DNA from: an uncultured Parachlamydiaceae bacterium
Lineage (GTDB): Bacteria > Chlamydiota > Chlamydiia > Chlamydiales > Parachlamydiaceae
Reading direction: 5' to 3'
NCBI GenBank assembly: GCA_963742415.1
Contig: CAVULX010000002.1
Location: 192,001 to 256,000 of the forward strand
Length of the DNA: 64,000 nt
Below are positions 49,732-59,441 of this stretch, one piece after another. The stretch's first letter is position 1, and each line of letters starts with the position of its first letter. The notes under the pieces were generated by a model that was given only the letters and a program-made list of their open reading frames with translations, was not told the origin of the DNA and ran no database searches. The translations under genes were made by a program, and so were the position numbers.

Positions 49732-50718
49732 CTACGGGATCGGAATTGTTTCCAAAATTTTATCGATAATGACATCGGGAGAGATGTTTTCCGCCTCAGC
49801 TTCGTAGGTTCTGCGTAACCGATGCCGCAGAATATCATGCGCAATCTGTTTGATGTCTAAAGGGGTCGCATAACCCCGTCCGGCTAAAAAGGCATGAGCT
49901 TTTGCACAAATCTTGAGGCTGAGGCTGGCTCGTGGAGAGGCCCCAAACATGAGTAAACCCTCAATGGGAACCCCATATTTCTGCGGAGTCCGTGTAGCTG
50001 AGACAATGTCTAAAATATAGGAGTTCACATTTTCATCGATATAGATCTCATTGACGACCTGCCTTGTCTTTAAAATGTCATCCCCAGAAAGCACAGGGTT
50101 TGGCTCCGGCTTCTTGCTCAGCGTTCCCATCCGTTTCATAATTTCTTTTTCCTCTTCCCTAGTTGGATAATCGATTTTAACCTTCATCATGAAACGATCA
50201 GTTTGCGCCTCTGGCAATACGTATGTCCCTTCTTGTTCAATAGGATTTTGCGTAGCCAAAACAAGATAAGGAGACCCTGCCGCAAACGATTGCCCCGCGA
50301 TGGTCACCTGCCTCTCTTGCATCACTTCCAATAAAGCCGATTGTACCTTTGCAGGTGCGCGATTGATTTCATCAGCCAAAAGGATATTTGTAAAAATCGG
50401 TCCTTTGCTCACACTAAAGGTCCCTTCTTTAGGATTATAAATAGAGGTCCCAATAAGATCCGCCGGTAAAAGATCGGGGGTGAATTGAATTCTTTTGTAA
50501 TCGCAATTAACAGTTTTAGCTAAGGTTGTTACGGCAAGTGTTTTGGCTAGCCCCGGCATCCCTTCCAGAAGGATATGTCCGTCAGCCAGCAAGCCCATTA
50601 GAAGGCGATCGACCATGTCAGTCTGCCCTACAATCACTTTCCCGATCTCTTCTTTGGCCTTTAAAAACTTTTCTCTGCTTTGTTGAACCTTTTGTGTAAC
50701 TTCTGCCATCTCTACCAT
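49732..50718 (-). CDS. moxR: MoxR-family AAA+ ATPase
   Basis: EGMPGLAKT, RIQFTPDLLPAD, DEINRAPAKVQSALLE, ATQNPIEQEGTY. Confidence 0.95.
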   Translation of the reverse strand: MVEMAEVTQKVQQSREKFLKAKEEIGKVIVGQTDMVDRLLMGLLADGHILLEGMPGLAKTLAVTTLAKTVNCDYKRIQFTPDLLPADLIGTSIYNPKEGTFSVSKGPIFTNILLADEINRAPAKVQSALLEVMQERQVTIAGQSFAAGSPYLVLATQNPIEQEGTYVLPEAQTDRFMMKVKIDYPTREEEKEIMKRMGTLSKKPEPNPVLSGDDILKTRQVVNEIYIDENVNSYILDIVSATRTPQKYGVPIEGLLMFGASPRASLSLKICAKAHAFLAGRGYATPLDIKQIAHDILRHRLRRTYEAEAENISPDVIIDKILETIPIP

Positions 50719-50859
50719 AGATTCATTGACCTTTCTCTTATAAATTGTTAAAACGCTACATTTTCATGATTCTCAATAAATTTCTATCTCTATTTTTATG
50801 GAGCTCTTAAAGGATATGCTGTATGATAAAATTATAAATATTAGTTTACAAAAAGAGGT

Positions 50860-52308
50860 GTGTCTAAGTTTCTCGTATTTTTTAATAAATTAATAACTCC
50901 CTTGAGGTTCATCATGTTAGGAGTTCAAGCCTGTTTTTATCTATACGAAGCCAAGCCATTTGTAAAGCCCCTGCCGCCTCACCTGTCTTTTGAGAATCAA
51001 ACTTGGGAAACTTATGAAAATCTCACAGAGAACTTAACTTCGGAAGAATTGAGAGATTTAGAAAAAAAATTGGATTTAATCAGGATCTTTACAGCTCAGA
51101 TAGACGAAGCTGTTGAAGCCATCACTAAGGGAAATGTGGAAAATCCGATCTTTTCCAATCATCATTTTCCTTTATTCGCTTTGCTAGCACTTAAAGAACA
51201 GAGGATCAACGGTTTAGAATTCACTACGAGTCAGTTATTCTTTAATGCCCTTAAGGGGCTTCCGCATGAGAATGTGGAAGTTATTCACCTATTCGAGGGA
51301 AAAAACATCAATCCAAGAGCCAAGGCATGCATCGAGCAAACAGCAAAACTCTTTCTTGATTTACAAGAAATCAAAGGGATTTCTATACAAAAACTAAGCT
51401 TAATGGATGAATCCCAGCTGCAACTTTTCTTTCAATTAACGGGAGAGCTCTCTGACCTTGAACGAATATTTTTGCTCGTTCCAGATCCCAATCCTGTGCA
51501 TTTGCATTTGCCCCATGATTATAAAAATACAATCTCAACAAAAATTCTTTTAAATTATTTTAATTTGTTTGGCCGCCTTGTGGATTCAAAAAAGTTTTTC
51601 AGAATGATCCCATCCAAAGGGATGGTGTTAAGCTATTTAAAGGCGACATCCAGGGATCACCCGATCACCTTGAAGACCTATTTCAAATTAAATTCGTTTT
51701 TAAAAATAAAAGATAATGTTTCCCATAATGAATGGCCTTTATGCTTAAATTTTTCATTTCTAGAGCCGATTCAGCTGGCGGATGGCAAAACCTGTGATAC
51801 CAAACTCAATGAACTCGAATGGCATGATATTTATCATAGCAATGCGTTTAATTATATTCCTTTGCTCGATCGTAAAAAGTTTTGTGTTTGCGGAGATATT
51901 TTTAATGGTTTTCAAGATTCTGAAGGGATAGGAAAAAAAATCGCACAGTCGATTTATAATATGGAGCATGTTGATTATCAAATATTCGATTTTCAAAAAC
52001 TCCCTATCCTTCATAAAGATCAGATCTTTTGGGTTGCCCTGGCAAGATGCATCTTTAGAAAATTAACCAGCAAACGGAAGGCAAATTATAAACAAGAGGA
52101 TAACCCTCTCGTCGAACAATTTATCAAGACAATCATGGATAACGCTGAATTCTACAAAAAAAACTATAATCTCTCATTAGATTATCTTTTCCCCTTCCGC
52201 ATAGTTGAGGGCTACTTTACGATTCGGCAAGTGCTCCAGTTATCGATCGCAGCGAAAAAAATAAAAAACAAGAGGAAGATTGATAAAAAACAATCAATTT
52301 ATTTTTGA
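50860..52308 (+). CDS. Hypothetical protein
   Basis: 482-aa AT-rich ORF; no recognised family. Confidence 0.7.
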   Translation: MSKFLVFFNKLITPLRFIMLGVQACFYLYEAKPFVKPLPPHLSFENQTWETYENLTENLTSEELRDLEKKLDLIRIFTAQIDEAVEAITKGNVENPIFSNHHFPLFALLALKEQRINGLEFTTSQLFFNALKGLPHENVEVIHLFEGKNINPRAKACIEQTAKLFLDLQEIKGISIQKLSLMDESQLQLFFQLTGELSDLERIFLLVPDPNPVHLHLPHDYKNTISTKILLNYFNLFGRLVDSKKFFRMIPSKGMVLSYLKATSRDHPITLKTYFKLNSFLKIKDNVSHNEWPLCLNFSFLEPIQLADGKTCDTKLNELEWHDIYHSNAFNYIPLLDRKKFCVCGDIFNGFQDSEGIGKKIAQSIYNMEHVDYQIFDFQKLPILHKDQIFWVALARCIFRKLTSKRKANYKQEDNPLVEQFIKTIMDNAEFYKKNYNLSLDYLFPFRIVEGYFTIRQVLQLSIAAKKIKNKRKIDKKQSIYF

Positions 52309-52366
52309 ATAATAAAAGAAATATTGATAAAAGCTAAATTTATGTTCGACTAAATAGGAGGTTCCT

Positions 52367-52759
52367 ATGGCCCAACCCATGACAGCTGCTAGAATGCCAG
52401 AATTTGATAGCCTTTCAAGTGCGCTAATGACAACACTAACAGTAGCAAGAAACAGAAATGGGCGCCCGGGAATAATTTTTGCTGAAGGGGGCTATCCCCT
52501 CATCTCTCTCGTAGCTGGCGTTGAAGTATTAGCATCAGCCATTTTTTGCGGCATTGCCATACCGCTTTATCCCGTATGTCCTGCCCCCCTCAAGTTTTTT
52601 GCTAAAGAGTTGAAATCCAGCGCTTTTTGCATTCCGTGGGCTGTTGCAGACACGTTTGCAAATCCTTTTCTTCATCCCTTAATCGCTGATGAAAAAAGTG
52701 TTCGACAAATGGCTTTAAACTGTGATTTTGTCCGTGTTCCCCATGGATCATTATATTAA
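52367..52759 (+). CDS. Small hypothetical membrane protein
   Basis: AGGAGG RBS; central hydrophobic hairpin. Confidence 0.7.
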   Translation: MAQPMTAARMPEFDSLSSALMTTLTVARNRNGRPGIIFAEGGYPLISLVAGVEVLASAIFCGIAIPLYPVCPAPLKFFAKELKSSAFCIPWAVADTFANPFLHPLIADEKSVRQMALNCDFVRVPHGSLY

Positions 52760-52789
52760 CTTGAAACAGAAAATAATTGAGGCAAGCGC

Positions 52790-52957
52790 TCAGGACATAT
52801 CTTAGGAATTGGTTTTGTAACTACAGCTATTCAAAATGGCGTTCCAGAGCATCTCATTATGAATTAGTCAGGTCACAAAAAAAGCGATACAATTAAGAAA
52901 TACATCCGCCTCACGAACAAGTGGAAAGACAACGCGACTTCAAGGATAGGCTTATGA
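52790..52957 (+). pseudogene. C-terminal relic of a tyrosine recombinase (Cre/phage-integrase type)
   Basis: SGHILGIGFVTTAIQNGVPEHLIMN*SGHKKSDTIKKYIRLTNKWKDNATSRIGL*: degenerate H-x-L-R box, GH and catalytic Y; in-frame TAG. Confidence 0.8.
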
Positions 52958-54015
52958 ATAGTGTTAATCATATTGAGAAAGATAGCCATCCTTCGATCAA
53001 AATCGGAAATGTCTCTCTTTTCATCCCCAATGAAATCCTATTGCAAATTTTTAAAGATATGGATTGGTCCAAGCGACTGAATGTTTCCCTTGCCTGCAAA
53101 CTGTGGCGAATCCTGGCGTTAGATCTATGCAAAAGCCCCATACGAAAATTTTATGGGCGCTTACCGCCTTATATCGGCTCCTCTTCTCATCAGACGAAAC
53201 AAACAGAAGAAGTTTTCAATTATTTTAAAGATTTATTCAAACTCAATCATTCTCTATTAGAATTAATGCCTCTTCCTAAAAAATGTCGGGATGTAGTGGT
53301 GAAATCATCTGGTCAAATCTCTGCTGCAGCCTACAACAAAAACGAAGAAGAGGGATACTTGAGAATTCGTAAAGTTTTAAATGATAATAGTATAAAAACA
53401 AGTAAACATCCCTTACATGGAATTTTTACTGGACAATTGGTAATTACGGATCGTAAGGTTTGCTGCAGTATTACAAAGAGTAAATCATTTTTTAAACCCT
53501 TTGAGCATGGAATTTTTTATTATGAGGTGGAGACAAAATTTTGCTATAAATTAGCAGGCCGCTGGAAAAATACGGCGAAGAATAAGCGAACCATTAGTAT
53601 TCTTACTGCGGGAAAAGGAACACTGATTTCTAGTCGGGGCGATGGAAGAATTCTGATCTATAAAGATTTAAACAGCGGCGGGTTCGCTCGTCCCTTCATC
53701 ATTTCATCAAATTTTAAACGCGTTGATTTGATTTCTTCCAGCGGCAGTTACTTAGCTGTGGCCCGATCAAGCAAGTTATCCCGATCAAGCAAGTTATATA
53801 GAACTGAATCTAAAACAAAATTGCTAAGAAAAAGGATCGTGGAAATTTGGAATATTGAAAAAAAATCCCTCGTTTATTCATCCCCATTAAAAATAAAACC
53901 GCAGGCACTTTATTTGAAAATAATGAAAGAAGAAGCTATTTTTGCTGTGTCTTTAAAAAAGAATCGCACCTTCTTTCTCAGTTCTTCTGAAGAGACCAAT
54001 TCTAATCAATGCTAA
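52954..54015 (+). CDS. F-box protein with beta-rich (WD40-like) C-terminus, candidate effector
   Basis: IPNEILLQIFKDMD...VSLACKLWRILA; LISSRGDGRILIY and IVEIWNI; 18-bp tandem duplication at 53762-53797. Confidence 0.85.
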   Translation: MNSVNHIEKDSHPSIKIGNVSLFIPNEILLQIFKDMDWSKRLNVSLACKLWRILALDLCKSPIRKFYGRLPPYIGSSSHQTKQTEEVFNYFKDLFKLNHSLLELMPLPKKCRDVVVKSSGQISAAAYNKNEEEGYLRIRKVLNDNSIKTSKHPLHGIFTGQLVITDRKVCCSITKSKSFFKPFEHGIFYYEVETKFCYKLAGRWKNTAKNKRTISILTAGKGTLISSRGDGRILIYKDLNSGGFARPFIISSNFKRVDLISSSGSYLAVARSSKLSRSSKLYRTESKTKLLRKRIVEIWNIEKKSLVYSSPLKIKPQALYLKIMKEEAIFAVSLKKNRTFFLSSSEETNSNQC

Positions 54016-54043
54016 TAAAATCGCATTATTTCATGTCATTCTC

Positions 54044-54079
54044 CGGAGTCGAACCGACGACCTTCGCATTACGAATGCG
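54044..54079 (-). mobile_element. tRNA-Thr(CGT) fragment, probable att scar at island boundary
   Basis: Minus strand CGCA-TTCGTAA-TGCG AAGGTC GTCGG-TTCGACT-CCG: anticodon arm and T arm; no D arm or acceptor stem. Confidence 0.8.
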
Positions 54080-54085
54080 GCTCCT

Positions 54086-54262
54086 CCGGGCAATGTCAAG
54101 TCATCTCACAGTAGCTGACACGAGAGCAGGATAACTCATCTTTTCTTTAGAGTCTATCGTCATTTGATGTGATTTCGATTGGTTTATCGCCCCTATTTGG
54201 TCCACCATTGGTCCGCGGATTATGCAATACCCTTTTTCATAAAATATGCCTATTTAGGTATA
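54086..54262 (+). repeat. Copy 1 of diverged direct repeat module (100-bp core plus operator palindrome)
   Basis: 54086-54185 aligns without gaps to 58879-58978 (about 24 mismatches by manual count); palindrome TATGCCTA-TT-TAGGTATA at 54245-54262. Confidence 0.85.
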
Positions 54263-54366
54263 TCAAAGACAAAGTTACTCAACTAACCAGTTGTAAGCCC
54301 CGGAAGTGTACTATGTATGTAGTCGGAGTAAAGATGAATGGAGATGCGTTTTAGCAAATGAGTTTG

Positions 54367-57300
54367 TTAGAAAGATACCCTTGGCCAAGGCTGTTCGGAC
54401 GCAATATCTGGATGGCGTGGCTCATTGGTAATGCGTCCATGCTCATCTCGCAATTTCTCAATCTTATTCAGGCATGCCTCTGCTAGAACAGCTTGTGGTC
54501 CTTCTGCTGTCGATATTGCAAACAATTTTTTACGAAATTCCACCAACGGGACGCTAAACTGCTCAAACGCGCCGGGCCAATCAAGCGAAGGCCGTTGGCC
54601 TATTGCCAGCTTTTCGATCGCCCTACTAAGCCGCTCATCGTAAGGCTGGTTAGCAACGGCAAGGCTGTGGATAAGTGCTAAAACGGAAGGCATATCGGCT
54701 ATGTCTATAAGAGCATTCTCAAGAATTCTCTTCGGCCCTCCGTTAGCCATCTTTTCATAGCGCTGAAATATTTTATCACGTAGCGCCGGAAATTTTAGTG
54801 TTAGGTTAGCGAGTTGTTCCGACAACAACCAACTCTCTTTTCTACCGCGCTCACCCTGCACTTTATCTTCAAAAATCAAATCAAAAACGGTCCAGGCCGC
54901 TTCTTCCGTTTCCAGACTTATCATAGCATCAAGCCAATCACGCTCTTGCATCATTTCCGGATTACGCTCTGCTAATGCTTTAAGCACCTGTAATGCTTCG
55001 GCATGCGGGCTATGTCCCAGCGCTATTAGCAATCGACGGAAATGGTAGGAATAGCAGTATTTATTCGGCAATAAATCGAGCAGCTCAAGAACTGCTAAAG
55101 GACGATTGGAGAAGGCAAATAATTCTATCCATCCCATTACTTCACCTTGCCTATCTTCAAGTCGCCACGGCTCCTTTTTTCCCAGCTCTAATAACTCATG
55201 GAATCCGGCAAGCAGCATATCGACTGAGAGAACTTCACCCGCTATTGCCACAGTAGTGAATAGCTCCAGCTTAACGCTGTATGGTTGCGGCAATTTAAAC
55301 AGCTCGGCTATTTCTTGATTTTTGCTTCCAAAGGGCATGCTTAAGCCGATTTTCGCCAACTTAAGAGCATGTTGTTGCAAAGCCGATGCGCTATCAGGCT
55401 TACATAAGGTTCTCACCACTTCAAAGATGGTCTCGGAAAATTCGCATGTCGGTAGAGCGTTGCGCATATCTTCAAGGGAGAGGCGGCGAGTTTTCACATT
55501 GGAAAAATCATGCCATCCGAAGAATCGCTTATCTTTGCTGGATGGGTGATTGCGATTCCAAATTTCCAGAAGAACACATGCCGCATCTATGCCAAAGGGT
55601 ATATCTGGCAAATATTCTTTCATCAATAATACCACGCTATCATCGCCGATAGCAGCAAATGCTCTGCTATATAGAAGCGTATAGCATATGTGTGCACGAG
55701 AATCGCTGCGCCTGTTTGTTGTCTTTATTTCCTCAAGTTCTCGAGAACGTCCTGTAAAGTCGGCCTCCAATAATCTGTGCAAATCGGAAACAAATTGAGA
55801 TTGTCCTAGGCGTCCTATGGCTTGGGCAACATCGACAAATTGATGTCGGTTTGTATCAGGCGCTGTAAGCATGATTTGCACCCAGTGCTTTATCACAACA
55901 ACGAATTGTTTTTTGACATCGGTACTTACTGTAAATGGCTTCTTTTCTTGTTCCCTACCATAACATACTACAAGTTCGGCCATCATTTTAATACGATGCG
56001 GCTTGTCGGTGTTCGCTCGTTCAAGCAATGCGATAAAGAAGCTGGTTTGACGTGAACAGGCAATCGCATTCTTCAAACGATGATATTCTTGTCGCGCAGG
56101 TTCGGATAATTGCTTACCCTTTACCAGATACTCGTCAGTGAGTGTAAAAAGAGTATCCATCATTTTGCCAACCGTTATTGGACCTACAATGCTATAAGCA
56201 GCGCTTGCTATATTTTCAGGGGTTGCTTTATTAAGCGCTGCGTCAGCGATAGGTCCATCATCTAGAGAAGCCGTATTTTTCAGCCACTCATGGGCTCTCA
56301 ATGGTAGCTCTAAACCACTGGCAATTCTGTGGATTATGCCCGCTGTTACAGCTTCTGGATAAACCTTAAAAGCATTGTTAATGGCTACACGCTCGTGATT
56401 GCCTTTAATTGGAAAATCCGGAGATTGAATCAGCTGCGTAATATGCTCAGCAGCATTCATTTCCACTAGCTGACCTTCCGTTAAATACCGAATAATCTTT
56501 ATTACATCGGTTTCGCGGGTTATTAATGTCTGTCGCATAGCCTTAAGATGGGCATTTAGCACCGGATCAAGTATCTTTTCAGGATAACCTTTTCGAGCTA
56601 TGCATTCCCATACTTCATCCGAAGCGGTTCGTAAAATATCAGCAACATGACGATCTGCTCGACGGAATTGGAGTGATTGCAAAATTTTTACAATGACAGT
56701 CGGACTCTTATCGTTCTTCGCGACACCAGCAGCAAGTTCCATTCCATCAAAACCACTGCGATATCCAATTTCTGCGACGACATCCCCACGTATTTCTTCT
56801 GGTAATGTTGCCAGTTGTTTTGCCACATCTGGTCCTAGCACGGAAGGCCGAAAGCGTTGCGCCGCTTGGAGGGCTCTTAAATAGACTTGGTTATCAGGAC
56901 ACGAAATTAGCGGCCATACAAATTCAGCAAACTCAGGGCGGCCTGTTGAAATCATAAACTGCACGGCACGATCTACCTTGTCCAATACATGCCAACGTTT
57001 CGCAAAATTTACGACCTTTTCACTTATATGTGACCATACTTCTGGCTTGGAGCGATAAATCATTTTAGCCGCAAGCATCGGATCAATGCTAAGTGTATCG
57101 AGAACTGCCACCGCAACCGCTTTTGCTCCCTCGACATTTTTAGATAAACGTTCACAGGCAAATAAGGCTGATTCTTCCCAAGCCGACCAATTAAGCACAT
57201 CAGTATTAAGCATTCTTCGAGCTTCGGTGTTTCCTTGTGCAGCATCTGTCATCAAACGCTCAACTTCAAAAGACGCATACCACTCCTGAAATTGTTGGTG

Positions 57301-58761
57301 TTGGAATGAGACACTATCAGCGCCCCGAACAAGGGAATGTGTATTAACTAGAACATCTAAAACGATAGGGGGCTGGAAGGGCGTAAGAATTTGCTTATGC
57401 GCTTGAAGGGTGATACATACATCACTTATTGCCCGCCATGCATTTTCTTCCGAAAGTGTAGTAGTCGCGGCCCGGTTTGCCTCGACTGCTAAACCGATAA
57501 GTATTTGCTTATGACAACCTAAAAGCTCAGTACGGAGAATCTCGGCCTTTTCTGGTGCACTCTCATGCTGGGTAACGAAATTACTCAACAATGCTTCCTT
57601 GGTTTTGGGAGAGGTAGCTCCGGGTATGGTTGCAAGCATTGCAGTAAGATAGAGCGGGATGGAAACTAACTCGCGCACACCTGGCGTTCGCCAAGCTTGA
57701 TCTACAAGCGCTTCGCCCTCCTTACCACGAATTTTGCGGGCAAGTTCTAATTGCTGTTCATCAGAAAGCGGTTCAATTTCGATGATAGCGCCGGGGATAG
57801 GTATTGCCTGTCGCCGCGTGCCGATAACAATGCCTAATTGTGTAAATTCCCGCCTTAGTGTTTTCAGGTCATTCAACGCGCGTTTTCTAGCATCGGGATT
57901 TAATTCATTCCAGCCATCGAGCAATAGTACTAAACGACCATGGTAAGCTACTTGCATAAAGTGCTGAGGCTGGAAAGTGTTAAAGGCGTTGCGACGGGCA
58001 AGAAACTCAAAAAAACTTTCCTGCCGATCAGACCATTCACCGAGTGGCACGAATGTGGCGATTTGATCACCATTAATAATGCTACTAGCCAGTTGTATAA
58101 GCGTAGTAGTTTTACCCGTTCCTGGAGGTGATATAAAGCAAACTCCCTCGGCCGCACTGACTGCTTTTGCTACACCATCAAGCGTAACATTGATTTTTTG
58201 GGCATTGGTTAAAAGCTTGATATCTAACGAAATAACATGCGAAGGCCATTCCCGGGCATTCTGAAATGCAGAAATATCATTGGCTGCTGCTTTCTGCATA
58301 CGTGCTACAATGCTTTCGATATCGTCTTCCACTGGCAATCTAAGATTGCTTAAAAATTCCTTGTCAGCTTCATCAAGCTGCATCACAGTGACATGACGTG
58401 CCGCGTTAGAAGTTGCCATCGCTTTGAATGCACGTGCCACAGCATCCTGTTTCCATGTATTAAGCAGCTCAACCGGAAACCTACTTTCATCTTTATCGAT
58501 TTTATCTGCACAAATGGCGCAAAGCCAGATACCGTTTGAGATGTTTTTCCGAGTTTCTGAAGCAAGACTGGGGTCGTAACGTGGCCCTCCTGGGGCAGCT
58601 GCTGTAATATGCGCTGCCTTACCAATATTAACAGCTTTTTCCTCGTCTAATGATGGGCCAGAAGTCGAAAGCATGCAGTCAGGATTTGAGCAAAGATGCC
58701 CTGCGCGACTTTCAAGAATTCGTTTTATCTTTGCTGTAAAATTATCACGATTGTCACGCAT
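54367..58761 (-). CDS. HNH endonuclease-NACHT/STAND NTPase with long helical C-terminus (putative antiviral NLR-like protein)
   Basis: RAGHLCSNPDC..AAHITAAAPGGPRY..NGIWLCAICADKID; Walker A SPPGTGKTT; Walker B LLLDGWNE; IPLYL; FQHQQFQEWYA. Confidence 0.88.
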   Translation of the reverse strand: MRDNRDNFTAKIKRILESRAGHLCSNPDCMLSTSGPSLDEEKAVNIGKAAHITAAAPGGPRYDPSLASETRKNISNGIWLCAICADKIDKDESRFPVELLNTWKQDAVARAFKAMATSNAARHVTVMQLDEADKEFLSNLRLPVEDDIESIVARMQKAAANDISAFQNAREWPSHVISLDIKLLTNAQKINVTLDGVAKAVSAAEGVCFISPPGTGKTTTLIQLASSIINGDQIATFVPLGEWSDRQESFFEFLARRNAFNTFQPQHFMQVAYHGRLVLLLDGWNELNPDARKRALNDLKTLRREFTQLGIVIGTRRQAIPIPGAIIEIEPLSDEQQLELARKIRGKEGEALVDQAWRTPGVRELVSIPLYLTAMLATIPGATSPKTKEALLSNFVTQHESAPEKAEILRTELLGCHKQILIGLAVEANRAATTTLSEENAWRAISDVCITLQAHKQILTPFQPPIVLDVLVNTHSLVRGADSVSFQHQQFQEWYASFEVERLMTDAAQGNTEARRMLNTDVLNWSAWEESALFACERLSKNVEGAKAVAVAVLDTLSIDPMLAAKMIYRSKPEVWSHISEKVVNFAKRWHVLDKVDRAVQFMISTGRPEFAEFVWPLISCPDNQVYLRALQAAQRFRPSVLGPDVAKQLATLPEEIRGDVVAEIGYRSGFDGMELAAGVAKNDKSPTVIVKILQSLQFRRADRHVADILRTASDEVWECIARKGYPEKILDPVLNAHLKAMRQTLITRETDVIKIIRYLTEGQLVEMNAAEHITQLIQSPDFPIKGNHERVAINNAFKVYPEAVTAGIIHRIASGLELPLRAHEWLKNTASLDDGPIADAALNKATPENIASAAYSIVGPITVGKMMDTLFTLTDEYLVKGKQLSEPARQEYHRLKNAIACSRQTSFFIALLERANTDKPHRIKMMAELVVCYGREQEKKPFTVSTDVKKQFVVVIKHWVQIMLTAPDTNRHQFVDVAQAIGRLGQSQFVSDLHRLLEADFTGRSRELEEIKTTNRRSDSRAHICYTLLYSRAFAAIGDDSVVLLMKEYLPDIPFGIDAACVLLEIWNRNHPSSKDKRFFGWHDFSNVKTRRLSLEDMRNALPTCEFSETIFEVVRTLCKPDSASALQQHALKLAKIGLSMPFGSKNQEIAELFKLPQPYSVKLELFTTVAIAGEVLSVDMLLAGFHELLELGKKEPWRLEDRQGEVMGWIELFAFSNRPLAVLELLDLLPNKYCYSYHFRRLLIALGHSPHAEALQVLKALAERNPEMMQERDWLDAMISLETEEAAWTVFDLIFEDKVQGERGRKESWLLSEQLANLTLKFPALRDKIFQRYEKMANGGPKRILENALIDIADMPSVLALIHSLAVANQPYDERLSRAIEKLAIGQRPSLDWPGAFEQFSVPLVEFRKKLFAISTAEGPQAVLAEACLNKIEKLRDEHGRITNEPRHPDIASEQPWPRVSF

Positions 58762-58878
58762 AAGGTATTTCTAGCCGATTATATAGTTTATTATCGAAGT
58801 AACAGTATTCTAAGACAAAAGAAAGTTGTCTCGCCGATTTGATTCAAACCGCGACATCATAACCACGATGTACTTGAT

Positions 58879-59056
58879 CTGGGCAACTTCATGTCATTTT
58901 AGAGTGATTGACACGAAAATAGGATACCCCATTTTTTCTTTAGAGTCTACCGTGGGTTGATGGCATTTCGATCAGTTTGGTATCTTTATTGAGCCGGACA
59001 TCAATTTTATTGTTAGAGTTTTTCCTGTTGCATAAATATGCTCATTTAGGCATAAT
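58879..59056 (+). repeat. Copy 2 of direct repeat module, ending in the TA promoter/operator
   Basis: Core 58879-58978; TTGCAT(59028)-17 bp-CATAAT(59051) with palindrome TATGCTCA-TT-TAGGCATA at 59037-59054. Confidence 0.85.
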
Positions 59057-59082
59057 AAGATTAGAAAGATAGAGGACATCTA

Positions 59083-59439
59083 ATGAAACGACTTTTCTGG
59101 ATTGGATCGAGCCGCGAAGACCTCAAGTTATTTCCTGATGAAGTTCAAGATGAAATGGGACATGGCTTATATCTTGCGCAAATGGGTGATCGGCATAACC
59201 ATGCGAAGACTCTTAGTGGGTTAGGCAATGCCAAAGTGATTGAGCTTCGAGAAAACGACAGATCGGGAACTTATCGAGTGATTTATACAGTTGAAATGAC
59301 GGAATTCATTTTTGTACTGCATGCCTTTCAGAAAAAATCGAAGAGCGGCATCGCAACGCCTAAGCAAGAGATCGATTTGGTTAAGCGTCGTTTAAAAGAA
59401 GCTGACGCCCTTTATAAAGAATTAAAAGGAGAAAAGTAG
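59083..59439 (+). CDS. RelE/ParE-family toxin (Gp49/HigB-like)
   Basis: WIGSSREDL..FP, GTYRVIY, VLHAFQKKS..TPKQEI. Confidence 0.93.
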   Translation: MKRLFWIGSSREDLKLFPDEVQDEMGHGLYLAQMGDRHNHAKTLSGLGNAKVIELRENDRSGTYRVIYTVEMTEFIFVLHAFQKKSKSGIATPKQEIDLVKRRLKEADALYKELKGEK

Positions 59440-59441
59440 TT

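Noticed and set aside
54044-54079. Functional tRNA-Thr
   Set aside because: Only the anticodon and T arms are present; no D arm or acceptor stem
54425-58625. Many short ORFs within the NACHT gene (likewise within recBCD and other long genes)
   Set aside because: Antisense or alternative-frame shadows without recognisable motifs
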